Shown: positions 1 to 10,738, counted from the stretch's first letter. The stretch is 64,000 nucleotides of DNA from Vulcanimicrobiota bacterium (GCA_963812155.1 CAWETW010000002.1:128001-192000), one strand, 5' to 3'. A program made the numbers and translations. Notes: a model not told the origin generated them from the sequence alone.

Positions 1-487
1 TTCGCAGAGTGGCGTTCCCGGCGCTGGCAATGCACCGCAAGTCCCCACCACAACTGCAGACTATCGTGAACGACTCGGGCGACTATAGCGGTTCGTTCCA
101 GGACAGCGCACTTGGGGCCGGCAGCGCAAGCGCCTCGCTAGCCCAGGACGGCCAAGTCGTCGGCGGCGTCATAAACGTAGCGTATGGATCGAACAACGTC
201 TCGTACTCCGTCGCCGAGCAAACGCAAGACGGCCTATCGATCGGCGGTGCTCAGGTCGCAGAACTTAGCCAGCGGCGTGTGCTCGCTGAGCGTTACCGCG
301 ACGTACCACAAAAAAACAAACGTCCTGTCGGGAACGTACCAGGAACGCCAACGGATGCGCCGGAGTAACCGGTTCGTTCTCGCTTCAGCACGAGTGCGTC
401 TTCAAGCGCGCCGGCTTGCTCGATATCGTTTCGGCTGAAAGCCGCAGCGCCAGCATGAATCCAGACCACGGTCCTCAACCCTGCTAG
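1..487 (+). pseudogene. Secreted beta-rich hypothetical protein, 5' possibly truncated, split by two +1 frameshifts (~261, ~343)
   Basis: ORF 9..368 continues sensibly in the 184 frame (NLASGVCSLSVTATY...LSGTY), then in a third frame (ANGCAGVTGSFSLQHEC...GPQPC*, TAG 485-487). Confidence 0.55.
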
Positions 488-490
488 AAT

Positions 491-3190
491 TTAGAGAATG
501 CGGGAGGCGTGGGCCGCGGCTTTCTCGTCTCCCCAAATGGAACCGATCGCCTTGGCAGACGCGAGTTCATCCGGCCCTAAGGCCAAGTTAAGTGCTCGCA
601 GGAGGTCTTCCTCAATCGATACGATCGGTTTCGACTAAGTTGCCATTCCCATAGTCTAAAGCGTTCGTCGGCGTAGCCGTAGAGTCGGGCAGAGGCTGTC
701 GGCTCCTCGTTGCAGCGAATCGCCGCTACGTAGAAAATTGCTAGCGCCGTAGTAAAGCGCGTGACTCGCCCGCATCGCCGAGGCCAAAGCCTCTCGAATG
801 GCGTCGGCGGCCCTTTTGCGATCTTCCCGATGAATACGACAGCTTGCAATCGTGTTCATCAAGGTACAGGCTTCGAATCGTCGAAGCGCCCGCTAAGGCT
901 TCTTGCGCGATTGCGGCACCGGCCTCGAGTTCTCCAGCTAGGGCTTCGCGGTCGGCCCACCGCGCCAGTGCGCGAGCTGTTTCGTCATCGCGTCCCAGGG
1001 CACGAAAGAGCGATACACTTTCCGAAAACCGATCGCGCGCCGGCGCGATATCTTCTGCCCGATAGATACATGCGCAACGTTGCAGTGTCGCCGCTAGAAG
1101 ACGCCGATCATTCAGGGACCGTGCTCTCTCTAGGGCATCACCTGCGACCGGCAAGGCATCGTCATATCTTTCGCACGTCGGCGAGCTGGTAGGCTACTTG
1201 CGAAAGCGCTCGCGTCAAACCACGTTCGTCGCCCGATTCACCGTAGAGTTCGACGGCCTTTCGCGCGACCGTCAGCGCCGCCTGATTGGCGCCTTGGTTG
1301 TGATAAGAGCATCGACAGCGCGTAGTGGATGCGCGCGCGCATTTCGGGCGTTAGATGTTCCGCGAACTGCAGGGCACGCTCGCACCAGCCTATGCCTTCT
1401 CGTAGCAGCGATAGGCGCAGAAAAATCGGACCGGCACTTCCAGCGATCGTGCCGCCGGTCACGACATCGCCTTCGTGTCCGAGCGTCCATTCGAGTGCGG
1501 CGCGCAGGTTATCGAGCTCTAGCCGATTTCGCGACAGCCAATCGGGTGCGGGCGCCGTATCGAATTCGACGTACGCACGTTCCGCGAGGGCCGCGAACGC
1601 ACGCGCATGCCGGCTCAAAACGTCTTGCGTCGTGCCGCCTTGATCGAGCCGCTCGCGCGCATACTGGCGAATCGGCTCCAGCAGGCGGTAGCGATCGCCC
1701 GAATCGCGAGACTCGACCACGACTAACGACTTATCGACCAGCGACGTCAGGCGGTCGAGCGTGTCGAACGAATCCTCCTCGTCGGCCGCGTGAACGGCAG
1801 TCGCGGCGTCGAGCGTGAAGCCGCCGGCAAACACCGAAACGTCGCGAAACAGGCTCCGCTCCTCGTTTGTGAGTAATTCGTAACTCCAATCGATCAGCGC
1901 GTGCATCGTCTGCTGCCGGGCCTGGCGATCGCGCGGGCCGCCCGTCAGCACGCGGAGCTGCAACCGGCGCGAGAGCTCCTCGAGCGAGACGGCGCGCATG
2001 CGCGCTGCCGCCAGCTCGATCGCTAGGGCGATGCCGTCGAGCCGGTTGCAGAGATCTTCAACGGCAGCACGGTTTGCGTCGTCGACTCGAAACTTCGGAT
2101 TGACGGCCTGTGCGCGCTCGGCAAACAGCGCGACGGCGTCGCCGCTTCCAAGCGACGACAACCGAAGCACGCGTTCGCCCGCAACGTTGAGCGGCTCGCG
2201 GCTGGTGGCAAGAATCGTCACATGCGGACAGCTCGCAAGAATCGCGCTCGCGATGCGACTCACCTCCGCAACGAGATGCTCGCAGTTGTCGAGCACGAGC
2301 AGCAGCTCGCGCTCCTTGAGATACCCCAGCAAAACGTCGATGGCCGGAGCATCCGAAGTTTGGTCGGCGCCGAGCGCCGACAACATCGCGCTGGCTACCA
2401 ATGCAGGATCGGAAAGCGGCGCTAAGTCGACGAACCACGCACCGTCGCGCGTGTCTTCGAGCATGTCCGAAGCCGCCTCTACCGCCAAACGCGTCTTGCC
2501 GACGCCGCCCGTGCCGGCGATCGTGACGAGCGAATTCGCTCGCAACAGTGCTTCGACGTTGGACACGTCGGGCTGACGGCCGACGAAACTGGTTGGTTGA
2601 CGCGGCAGATTGTTCGGCGGCGTTTCCAGCGCGCGCAGCGGCTTGAACGCCGAACGCATGCCGGGCGCGGTCAGTTGATAGACGCGCTCGGCCTGACGGA
2701 ATCCGCGCAACGGCAGCATTCCGAGCGATCGCAGCCCCGTATCGGGCGCAAGATGCGGCGCCGCCTCGTCGGCCGCGACGCCAGAAACGAGCACCTGCCC
2801 GCCGTGACCGGCGGAAAGCAAGCGCGCGACGCGATTGACGGCCGGGCCGAAATAATCACCGTCGCGCTCGTCGGCATCGCCGCTGTGAACGGCCATGCGC
2901 ACGCGCAATCCGTCGACCGCGTCCCAATCTTGCGCGCCGAGTTCGCGTTGAGCCGAAGCCGCCGCCGCAACCGCTCGCTCGACGCTGGGAAAGGCGGCGC
3001 AGAATGCGTCGCCGATGGTCTTGAACACGGAACCGCCGTGCGACTCGATCGCGGCGCGGACGATCGCGTCGTGGCGTCGCAACGCGTCCTGCATCGCGGC
3101 GCGATCGTGGTCCCAGCGCTGCGTGCTGCCCTCGATGTCGGTAAAGAGAAACGCGACGTTTCCGCTTGGCAGCGGGTCGGCTTGAGTCAC
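491..3190 (-). CDS. Class III adenylate/guanylate cyclase + STAND/NB-ARC-like ATPase + TPR protein; 3' part frameshifted
   Basis: FLFTDIEGST, KTIGDAF, GDYFGPAVNRVARL; Walker A GTGGVGKT; LLVLDNCEH; helical tail continues through ORFs 741..1154 and 577..849 and a last frame ending ...AAAHASRIL* at 491. Confidence 0.85.
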
Positions 3191-3255
3191 CGATTACCGC
3201 GCCGCGAAAAGGGGTAAGAGAAAACGCTCGCGTGCTCGAGCGGAAGGACCTGCGT

Positions 3256-3681
3256 ATGTTTCGTATCAGCCTCCTCGCTTTGCTCGGATTCGCTCTCGCC
3301 GGTACCGCCCCCGCGTCGGCGGCGTGCGCCGGGCCCGACCCGGCGATCACGTCGGTCGCGGTCAAGAACGTGGCGCAATCCGGCGGCACCAGTCACTACA
3401 CGCTGGCCGTAACCGTGACCAACGACGGCAGCCAGGCGCAAGCCAAGGACGTCCTGCAATTCGTGGACATTTATCAAGTCCCCGGTGAAAAGCTCGACGC
3501 GAAAAGCGTGCCGCCGCTGCAGGCGGGCCAAACCTACACGGTTACCTACGAAACGATGCGCGCGAGCGATGCCGGCAACGGCACGACGCACCTTCGCTTT
3601 GCACTCGACCAGCGGCAACCGTCGCCCGGCAGCGGAACCGACTGCGACGCCGCCAACGACTCGTACCCGTTCACGTTCTAA
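3256..3681 (+). CDS. Secreted Ig-like (CARDB-like) protein
   Basis: Signal peptide MFRISLLALLG...ASA; VTVTNDG and PPLQAGQTYTV motifs; AAGGA RBS. Confidence 0.7.
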   Translation: MFRISLLALLGFALAGTAPASAACAGPDPAITSVAVKNVAQSGGTSHYTLAVTVTNDGSQAQAKDVLQFVDIYQVPGEKLDAKSVPPLQAGQTYTVTYETMRASDAGNGTTHLRFALDQRQPSPGSGTDCDAANDSYPFTF

Positions 3682-3714
3682 GACGCGGGCGGGGCGACGC
3701 AGCCGGCCGGCGCG

Positions 3715-5067
3715 TTATTCGTCGTCGACGGGATGGTTCGACGGGCGCTCGTGCTCGAAATACGAACGGGAGTAGCGAGCCTCGAGCGGCGTAAAGCTGC
3801 GCGGCGATTGATTGAAATTGAACGCGTCGTTGACGAAGCTGGCGGCGCGCTCGTCGGTCGTGCCCAGCGACGGCAGATCCCAGTTCTCCTCGACCAACTT
3901 GATGATGCTGCCGAACTCGTAGTCCGAATGCATCACGTAGCCGCGCTTTGCAAACGGCGAAACGACGAGCATCGGAACGCGGAAACCCAGACCGCCGTAT
4001 TCGATCGGAGCCGGCGGCGGCACGTGATCGTACCAACCTCCCCAGTCGTCCCACACGACGATCACCACCGTCGATTGCCAGGCCGGGCTCTTTCCGATCG
4101 CATTGATCACTTGCGCTACCCACGAAGGACCGGTATCGCCGGTCGCGCCGGAGTGGTCCGAGTTGAGAAAGTCGGGAATCACCCAGGATACCGAAGGCAG
4201 CGCACCGGCTGAAATGTCTTTGAACACGTTGGTTTCAGGCCAGGTCACGTTGGTATTCCATTCCGGTCCGTGGCGCACGGCATCGATCGCATCGAATGCG
4301 TTCCACAGAGAGCCGCCGAAACTGTGACCGACTTGCGGAGCGTAGTAGCGCCACGTGATGCCCTTCGCGTCGAGCGTGTCGCGCAGCGTGCGGTAGTGGA
4401 GGCATGGGTACGGCCCGTCGTTGGGCAAGACTGCGTTGTTGCGCGTAATGAGCGTCGTCAGCGTTCCGCGCGGCGCGTCGCAGCCCCACGGCGGAAACGT
4501 GGGGAAATCGACGATGGCTTTCGACGAATCGACCTTGGTGCCGCCGGCGATTAAATCCTGATGCGCGGTGAAGCTGCCGCTGCCCTGAGTCTGAAACATG
4601 TGATCGGCGAGCACGTACTGCGATGCCAGCGTCCAGTAGGGCTTGATTTGGGCGGGATTGACGTATTGATAGAGACCCTTCGGCGAATACTTTCCGAAAT
4701 TGATCAGGTCGAAGCCGTTCATTTTTCCGTGGTTGTATCCGAGAAGCCATGCCGCATGGTTGTTGCTCGGAGCGCCGACGTCGAAGAGATTGTGCTCCTG
4801 CAGCACGATGGTGCTGCCGTCGTGGAGTTTACCGACCCGCGTGCCGTCGGCGCCCGGATAGGTCGCGAAGAGATTGTCGAACGTGCGATTCTCTTGCACC
4901 ATGATGACGACGTGCGTAAAGTACTTGCCTTGCGTTGCCGGGGGCAGCGGGGGCAGCGGGCCGGAAGATCCCGAGGAGCCGCCGCCACCGCCGCCGCACG
5001 CGCTCAACAGCATGCACGCGGCTGCCGCGAGGAAACCCAAGCAAGCACGAGATCGCGATGAAGGCAC
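3715..5067 (-). CDS. Phosphoesterase / phospholipase C family lipoprotein
   Basis: Lipobox LSAC; HVVIMVQENRTFDN, SDH, WDDWGGWYDHV, GFRVP. Confidence 0.9.
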   Translation of the reverse strand: MPSSRSRACLGFLAAAACMLLSACGGGGGGSSGSSGPLPPLPPATQGKYFTHVVIMVQENRTFDNLFATYPGADGTRVGKLHDGSTIVLQEHNLFDVGAPSNNHAAWLLGYNHGKMNGFDLINFGKYSPKGLYQYVNPAQIKPYWTLASQYVLADHMFQTQGSGSFTAHQDLIAGGTKVDSSKAIVDFPTFPPWGCDAPRGTLTTLITRNNAVLPNDGPYPCLHYRTLRDTLDAKGITWRYYAPQVGHSFGGSLWNAFDAIDAVRHGPEWNTNVTWPETNVFKDISAGALPSVSWVIPDFLNSDHSGATGDTGPSWVAQVINAIGKSPAWQSTVVIVVWDDWGGWYDHVPPPAPIEYGGLGFRVPMLVVSPFAKRGYVMHSDYEFGSIIKLVEENWDLPSLGTTDERAASFVNDAFNFNQSPRSFTPLEARYSRSYFEHERPSNHPVDDE

Positions 5068-5106
5068 GAGGTTGTTGATAAATCGCGAGTGCGCGCCAAT
5101 CCTGTA

Positions 5107-6654
5107 TTACAAACCGTAATACTTGAACGACGGCCACATCGCCGCCAGCGGTGCGCGTGGCCGCGTGCAGAGGTAAATCGGCAACGGACCTTCGAGAATC
5201 CACCGATATGCGTTGCGATAGACCGCGACTTGAACGACGCTTCCGAACGACCGCAACAGCAGCGGATAGTCGGTCGCTCCGACGGCCAGAACCGAGCGGC
5301 CGCTATAACCGCGCGTTCCCCACAGATAGTACGAGTTGTTCGGACTGATGACGGGCGGCAATCCAAGCGGAGGTCCGTAGAAATCGATCGCCCCGGCGTA
5401 CGCGTAACGGTCGGCAAAGATCGCCGTCTGCGCTCGCGTCGGTCGCGGAAGCGCCCAGTACGCGGCGGCTACCGTCTTCGTCATGGCTTTCCAACCGAGC
5501 TGGTCGGCGTATAACGGGTTGATCAGATGATGCGTGCCGTCGGGAGGCATCGGCCGGCTCAAGCCGATGGCGATTTCGTATCGCATGTAAGCAGGCAGCG
5601 GCAAAACCGGGAGAGCGAGCGGTGCGAAAACGGCGCCGGCGAGCGCGGCGGCTACCAGAATCCCCGGCCGCCACCACGAGGAACGCCGCGCCGAAAAACG
5701 CTCGATGCCCACGGACCCTGCGGCGAACAACGCCGGATAGAAGCCCTCCAGGTAATATCCGCGACCGATCGAGACGACGATGACGCCGACCAGCACTGCG
5801 TAGGCGACCGGAACGAACCGGTACTCGGCTTCGGGCGTTCCGCGTGCGAGAACGAAGAGGCCTGCAATCCATACGACGGCGTAGAATGGATTTTGGTACG
5901 CGATTTGCGTCGCAACGAAGTAGCCGGCGTTGAGCGCGAGATTCGCCGACTCGTCGGCAACGCCGTTGGCGAGCGCGTGCCGGTTGAGTTGATCGCCGTG
6001 CAGCACGCCGAGCATCGGCAGCCCGTGAGAGATTTGCCAGATCGCATTCGGCAGCAGCGCCGCGACGACGAGCGCGATGCCGGCGGCGAGATATCGCGAT
6101 GCGAGCAACCTTGCGTTCCCGGTCAGCGCCAGCGCGACGCCCAAGGCCAGCGCGCACGCCGCGATCGAATACTTCGCATACATTCCGACGATGACGACGG
6201 CCGCCATCGCGAGATAGATCCGTTCGTCGCGCGTTTTCACTAGCCGCATCGTCAGATAGATCAGCGCCGTCCACGCAACCGGCGAAAGCACTTCGGTAGA
6301 AAGCGCGTATCCCAAGCCTAAAAATGCCGGCGCGATGGCGACGGTCAAACCGGTCAAGGCTTGCGCGAATCCGTTTCCGCGAAGATCGCGCGCGATGCAA
6401 CAGGCGAGGAACACCGTCACGCCGGCGAATAGGGCGGGGAGCAGGCGCAACGCCCACAACGCATAGCCCAATGGGGCCGTGAGCCAGGCGATCAACGGCG
6501 CCAGCGGCGGCTGGTCGACGTATCCCCACGCCAAGTGGCGCGCGCAATCGATGAAATACAGCTCGTCGCGATAGTAGCCGAATCGGTGATTGAACGCCAG
6601 ATGCACGGCGATGGTGCCCAACGCAAGCGCGTAGGCGACCGGACGAAGCCTCAC
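5107..6654 (-). CDS. GT39/ArnT-like (PMT_2) membrane glycosyltransferase
   Basis: YYRDELYF, LAWGYVDQPPL, many TM segments, YAGAIDFYG and NSYYLWG in the tail. Confidence 0.85.
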   Translation of the reverse strand: MRLRPVAYALALGTIAVHLAFNHRFGYYRDELYFIDCARHLAWGYVDQPPLAPLIAWLTAPLGYALWALRLLPALFAGVTVFLACCIARDLRGNGFAQALTGLTVAIAPAFLGLGYALSTEVLSPVAWTALIYLTMRLVKTRDERIYLAMAAVVIVGMYAKYSIAACALALGVALALTGNARLLASRYLAAGIALVVAALLPNAIWQISHGLPMLGVLHGDQLNRHALANGVADESANLALNAGYFVATQIAYQNPFYAVVWIAGLFVLARGTPEAEYRFVPVAYAVLVGVIVVSIGRGYYLEGFYPALFAAGSVGIERFSARRSSWWRPGILVAAALAGAVFAPLALPVLPLPAYMRYEIAIGLSRPMPPDGTHHLINPLYADQLGWKAMTKTVAAAYWALPRPTRAQTAIFADRYAYAGAIDFYGPPLGLPPVISPNNSYYLWGTRGYSGRSVLAVGATDYPLLLRSFGSVVQVAVYRNAYRWILEGPLPIYLCTRPRAPLAAMWPSFKYYGL

Positions 6655-7742
6655 GGATTGGAGCGCGCCTGAAATCCGCCGACGAGCAGTTGAGCGACGC
6701 AGACGCCGGAGATGCCCGCCAATGCGATCGAACCGAAGAGAAAACTATCGTCCCACCAGGTTCCTCCGAAGAGCGGGACCGCCAAAAGGAAGTACGCTGC
6801 CAGATATCCCGCCGGCACCACGAACCCCAACAGACGAAAGGCGCCTTCACGCTGCAGCGACGGTTTGAACCGCGCAACGACGGCGTCGCCGAGCAATCCG
6901 GCTGCGATGCTGGCGAGTACGAACAGCAGCACGAGTTTGACGTCGTTTGCTAGTTCGCCGCCGACCCACAGTTTTTCGGCGACGCAGACCACCGCCAGTG
7001 CGCCGAACCGCAGCGTCGTCCGCGCTGCGAGGTAGAGCGCCGCCGCCGCAAGCAGCAGACTCTGCCACACGACGATCATCATCTCAAGCGCTTGTTTGTA
7101 GAAAACGAACACCGAAAGCACGAACTGCTCGTCGTGAAACTCGCTCTGTGAAAGCGGACGGTCGCGGAGAAGCGCCTCGGGATAGAAGCCGATCTGCATC
7201 ACGAATTGAATGACGTGGAACGCGAGGCCGATGGAAACCAGCATCGGAAGCTGATCGATCAGCCGCGTTGCCGGCGGGCGCGCCAGCGCGCTGCGCACGG
7301 GTCCGACGGCTAAAAAAAACAGTCCCGTGAGAAGGATCAAATGCGGCGGGCTCAAGAGCAAATCGAGTTGATGCTCGAATCCGAAGACCGCGTGCCATGC
7401 CGAGTCGAGCGCGCCTCCCAGCAGCAGGCCGGCGACGCCCACGACGCTGAGCCGGTAACTGTCGGGTACCGCTTCCCACCACGATTGCCCGGGACGGCGA
7501 TTGCGTGCGGTGGCGACGGCGAGCACGGCGGCCGAGAATGCCGCCCCGCTGTACATGACGCCGTGCCATGGATTGAGAAACGTGTCGACCGTGGCCAAGA
7601 GGTGTTCGTGCGCGTCGATGAACAAACCGGTCATCGTCCAGGTCACGGCCAGCGTGATGAGCCAATCGAGCAGGCTCGGCGCACCGAGCCGCTCTTGACG
7701 AGGAAGGGGGGTTCGCTCGAGTTCGATGCTCTGTCCCCGCAT
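6651..7742 (-). CDS. Polytopic membrane protein with two D-x3-H...P-x-H motifs
   Basis: Many hydrophobic segments; DAHEH...PWH and DSAWH...PPH; stop overlaps the GT39 start (GTGA); start codon uncertain. Confidence 0.75.
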   Translation of the reverse strand: MRGQSIELERTPLPRQERLGAPSLLDWLITLAVTWTMTGLFIDAHEHLLATVDTFLNPWHGVMYSGAAFSAAVLAVATARNRRPGQSWWEAVPDSYRLSVVGVAGLLLGGALDSAWHAVFGFEHQLDLLLSPPHLILLTGLFFLAVGPVRSALARPPATRLIDQLPMLVSIGLAFHVIQFVMQIGFYPEALLRDRPLSQSEFHDEQFVLSVFVFYKQALEMMIVVWQSLLLAAAALYLAARTTLRFGALAVVCVAEKLWVGGELANDVKLVLLFVLASIAAGLLGDAVVARFKPSLQREGAFRLLGFVVPAGYLAAYFLLAVPLFGGTWWDDSFLFGSIALAGISGVCVAQLLVGGFQARSNP

Positions 7743-8190
7743 GCGGCCCGCTTTCCGCCTCGTTCGCAAACCCCTTCCGCTGTTATGCGCCGCGTTGTTC
7801 GCATCGCTCGTCGCATGCGAATCGAAGCCGCTCGCACCGCCGGCCAATCTCATCATTGCGGCGCGCGAACCGGCGCGCCCGAAAGCGCCGGTGCGGTTAC
7901 CGGATGCGCCGCCGCAGATCGTGCGCATTTGGATGTCGACGCTGACGCTGCGGCCCGGAATGTGGTTCGACGGTACGATCGTCGCGAGCACGAACGTCGC
8001 TTCGGTCGAGGTTCGAACGGCAGCGTTTTCAATCAACAGCCAGCACGTCGCGCCCGGATTCTTTCGTTTCCACGCACTCGTGCTCGAAGTGCCCGCGCTA
8101 TCGCGGCTTCGCTCCTACGAACTCTTCATCATTGCGCGCAACACGGCGGGCGAACAGGAAGTCGAACGCGCGACGCTCTCCCTGAAATAA
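7741..8190 (+). CDS. Hypothetical lipoprotein
   Basis: Lipobox LVAC after a hydrophobic stretch; beta-rich domain; start uncertain. Confidence 0.65.
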   Translation: MRPAFRLVRKPLPLLCAALFASLVACESKPLAPPANLIIAAREPARPKAPVRLPDAPPQIVRIWMSTLTLRPGMWFDGTIVASTNVASVEVRTAAFSINSQHVAPGFFRFHALVLEVPALSRLRSYELFIIARNTAGEQEVERATLSLK

Positions 8191-8203
8191 CGCGAAACGC
8201 CGC

Positions 8204-8719
8204 TCAGTAGTCCCGCGCCGGATTCGGGTCGTCTTGGTAGCCGGCCGCCGAACGCGTGCGCAGTAACGCGCCGAGCGCATTCGCATCGGCGATCGTCCGG
8301 TTTCCCTGGGCGAGCCATTCCAGCTTCCACGTCCCACCGTTGCGCGCGAACGCTGCCACGTAGAAGACGTGCGCGATTCCGCCGCGCTCGTAACTGAGCG
8401 CACAAACGGAAGCGTCGCACAGCGCGACCGACATCCGCCGTCCCGGCAGCGACGCGTCGACGATCACGTCGGTCGGATTCCATCGCCCTCCCGGCTCCGC
8501 AAGCACCCAGCCGCCCGCCTTACCGCCTCCCGGCAACGCGAAGGTTCCCGTTCGAATCGCGGTGGGAAGACCGGCGAGAGAATTCACTTCGCGCAGTTCT
8601 CCAGTCGCACCGGCGAGTGCAGTGGGCGGATGAAGCGCCGCCGCTTGCGCCGCCTCGAGGCCGGCGCCGGCAATGAGCGCGCACGCGGCGCACGTCAATA
8701 CAATCCATTTCACGGTCAT
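8204..8719 (-). CDS. Hypothetical secreted protein
   Basis: Signal peptide MTVKWIVLTCAACALIAG...AQA; GGAG RBS. Confidence 0.65.
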   Translation of the reverse strand: MTVKWIVLTCAACALIAGAGLEAAQAAALHPPTALAGATGELREVNSLAGLPTAIRTGTFALPGGGKAGGWVLAEPGGRWNPTDVIVDASLPGRRMSVALCDASVCALSYERGGIAHVFYVAAFARNGGTWKLEWLAQGNRTIADANALGALLRTRSAAGYQDDPNPARDY

Positions 8720-8862
8720 GAACGTCTCCGCCGTTGGTAGTTGACGATGGTACTTTTGTGGAGGGTTCGCAGCCTGCAGGGCGAACGGCCCGGCAGCCAA
8801 TTCGGGCCGCTTCGAACCGGCCGTTCTATTACCTCACGCTCTTATTTCGGAGGTCAAGTCGC

Positions 8863-10407
8863 GTGTTTCGTTCTCGAAACAGGTTTGCATTCGTCGCGTG
8901 CGTCGCGGCGTTCTCGACCGCCTTCACGGGGTGCTCGGGAAATCGATCGATACTGCCGTCTGTGCCGGCTCAAAGCGCAGGGAACCTGCGCGGTCACGCT
9001 GCCGTACGCTACGGCCTCGCACGACTCGCGAGCCAGCCTCCCGTGGGCATGCAGATGGCGTTCCTGATGACCGACGGCACCGTGCTCGGGCAGAGCTACT
9101 CCGGCAACACGTGGTACAAGTACGCGCCGGACGCCAACGGCGGCTACTCCAACGGCACGTGGACGCAGGTCGCGTCGCTGCAAAGCGGATACGCGCCGAG
9201 CGCCTTTGCATCGGCAGTGCTTGCCGACGGACGTCTGGCAATCACCGGCGGCGAATACAACACGCCGGGGCAGTACGATCTCCAACTTACCAATCTGGGC
9301 GCCGTCTACGATCCGGTCCGCAATACTTGGACTCCGCTCGGCCACCCCATGGGGTGGGGGTTCATCGGCGATTCGCCGTCGAGCGTTCTTCCCGATGGCC
9401 GCTTCGTCGTCGGCCAGAAGCTCACGCATCAAGACGCCGCGTTGAATCCCGCGACGCTGACGTGGACCAAGCTCACCGATACCGGAAAATCCGACTTCAA
9501 CTCCGAGGAGGGCTGGACGCTGCTCCCGGACGGAACGATTCTCACCGAGGATGTCAAGAACGCCGACAACTCCGAGCGCTATAATCCCTCGACGGGACAT
9601 TGGACGAGCGCCGGTTCGACCATCGTCGATCTGCACTCGCCGTCGCCGTATAACCAGTGTCTTACGTACGGGCCGAAGCCGAAGGATTGCTACTTGCCCC
9701 CCGGCGAGATCGGTCCGGCCGTACTGCGTCCCGACGGCACCGTCTTCGCGACGGGATCGGGTTCCGGACCCTACGGCGCGGGGGCGGGACACACCGCGAT
9801 CTTCCATCCTTCGGGCAGCGGCGGAAGCTGGACGCAGGGTCCGGACTTCCCCAACACCGACAACGCCGGCGACTCGTTCGCGGCGCTGCTCCCCAGCGGG
9901 AACGTTCTCGTCTTCGGCGTCAGCGGCGAACTCTACGAGTTCAACGGAACGTCGTTCACCCAGAAGGGAAGCGCTTTCGGTTCGCCGCTTCTGCTGCCAA
10001 CGGGCCAGGTGATGATTCTTGGCTACTCGACGGTCGGACTCTACACGCCGTCGGGATCGCCGCAAGCGTCGTGGCTGCCGAAGATCACGAGCACGCCCAA
10101 GTCGCTGGCGCGCGGCCAAAGCTACACGATTTCAGGAAAACAATTCAACGGGTTATCGCAGGCGATGTCGTTCGGCGACGAGTTCCAAAATTGCACGAAC
10201 TATCCGCTCGTGCGCATTACGAACAAGGCGACCGGCCACGTCTTCTACGCCCGTACGCACGACCACTCGTCGATGGGCGTGGCGACCGGCTCGCTGATCG
10301 TCTCGACGCACTTCGACGTGCCCGCGACGATGGAAACCGGTCCGAGCAAACTGCAAGTGGTCGCGAACGGCCTCGCGTCGACGGCCGTCGGCGTTACGGT
10401 GCAGTAG
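8863..10407 (+). CDS. Kelch/galactose-oxidase-like beta-propeller lipoprotein with C-terminal Ig-like domain
   Basis: GGAGG RBS then GTG; lipobox FTGC; repeated LxDG/LLPxG...YDP...W blades. Confidence 0.8.
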   Translation: MFRSRNRFAFVACVAAFSTAFTGCSGNRSILPSVPAQSAGNLRGHAAVRYGLARLASQPPVGMQMAFLMTDGTVLGQSYSGNTWYKYAPDANGGYSNGTWTQVASLQSGYAPSAFASAVLADGRLAITGGEYNTPGQYDLQLTNLGAVYDPVRNTWTPLGHPMGWGFIGDSPSSVLPDGRFVVGQKLTHQDAALNPATLTWTKLTDTGKSDFNSEEGWTLLPDGTILTEDVKNADNSERYNPSTGHWTSAGSTIVDLHSPSPYNQCLTYGPKPKDCYLPPGEIGPAVLRPDGTVFATGSGSGPYGAGAGHTAIFHPSGSGGSWTQGPDFPNTDNAGDSFAALLPSGNVLVFGVSGELYEFNGTSFTQKGSAFGSPLLLPTGQVMILGYSTVGLYTPSGSPQASWLPKITSTPKSLARGQSYTISGKQFNGLSQAMSFGDEFQNCTNYPLVRITNKATGHVFYARTHDHSSMGVATGSLIVSTHFDVPATMETGPSKLQVVANGLASTAVGVTVQ

Positions 10408-10669
10408 CGAATCGTTCTCGCGCGCGCTGCTTCGCCTTCGCGGCTTCGACGTCGCGGTCGCGCGGCGGCGCGTGCGTTACGAGGTGGGCGAGCAGATCGC
10501 GGGCCGCTTCGGCGACGCGATCGACGGCGCACTCGAACGCCGCTTCGTTGGCCTGCGAGGGCTTCGAAAAGCCCGAAAGTTTGCGCACGAACTGCAGCGC
10601 CGAGGCGCGGATTTCGTCTTCGGTCGCGGGCGGCGCGAAGTTGTGGAGGGTCTTGATGTTTCGGCACAC
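10394..10669 (-). CDS. DUF2277 family protein
   Basis: MCRNIKTLHNFAPPAT...ASALQFVRKLSG signature. Confidence 0.9.
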   Translation of the reverse strand: MCRNIKTLHNFAPPATEDEIRASALQFVRKLSGFSKPSQANEAAFECAVDRVAEAARDLLAHLVTHAPPRDRDVEAAKAKQRARERFATAP

Positions 10670-10738
10670 GGCTATCCCTTAGCCCCCGGTGCAGCGAGGC
10701 AGGAGGGCTGCCGACGTGCGAGCATTCATGTACGTCAT

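Noticed and set aside
310..316. A7 run as a programmed frameshift site
   Set aside because: It reads in frame (HKKTN); the inferred shifts are at ~261 and ~343.
491..3190. Avs-type antiphage STAND system
   Set aside because: The effector is a class III cyclase typical of signalling paralog families, with no defence context.
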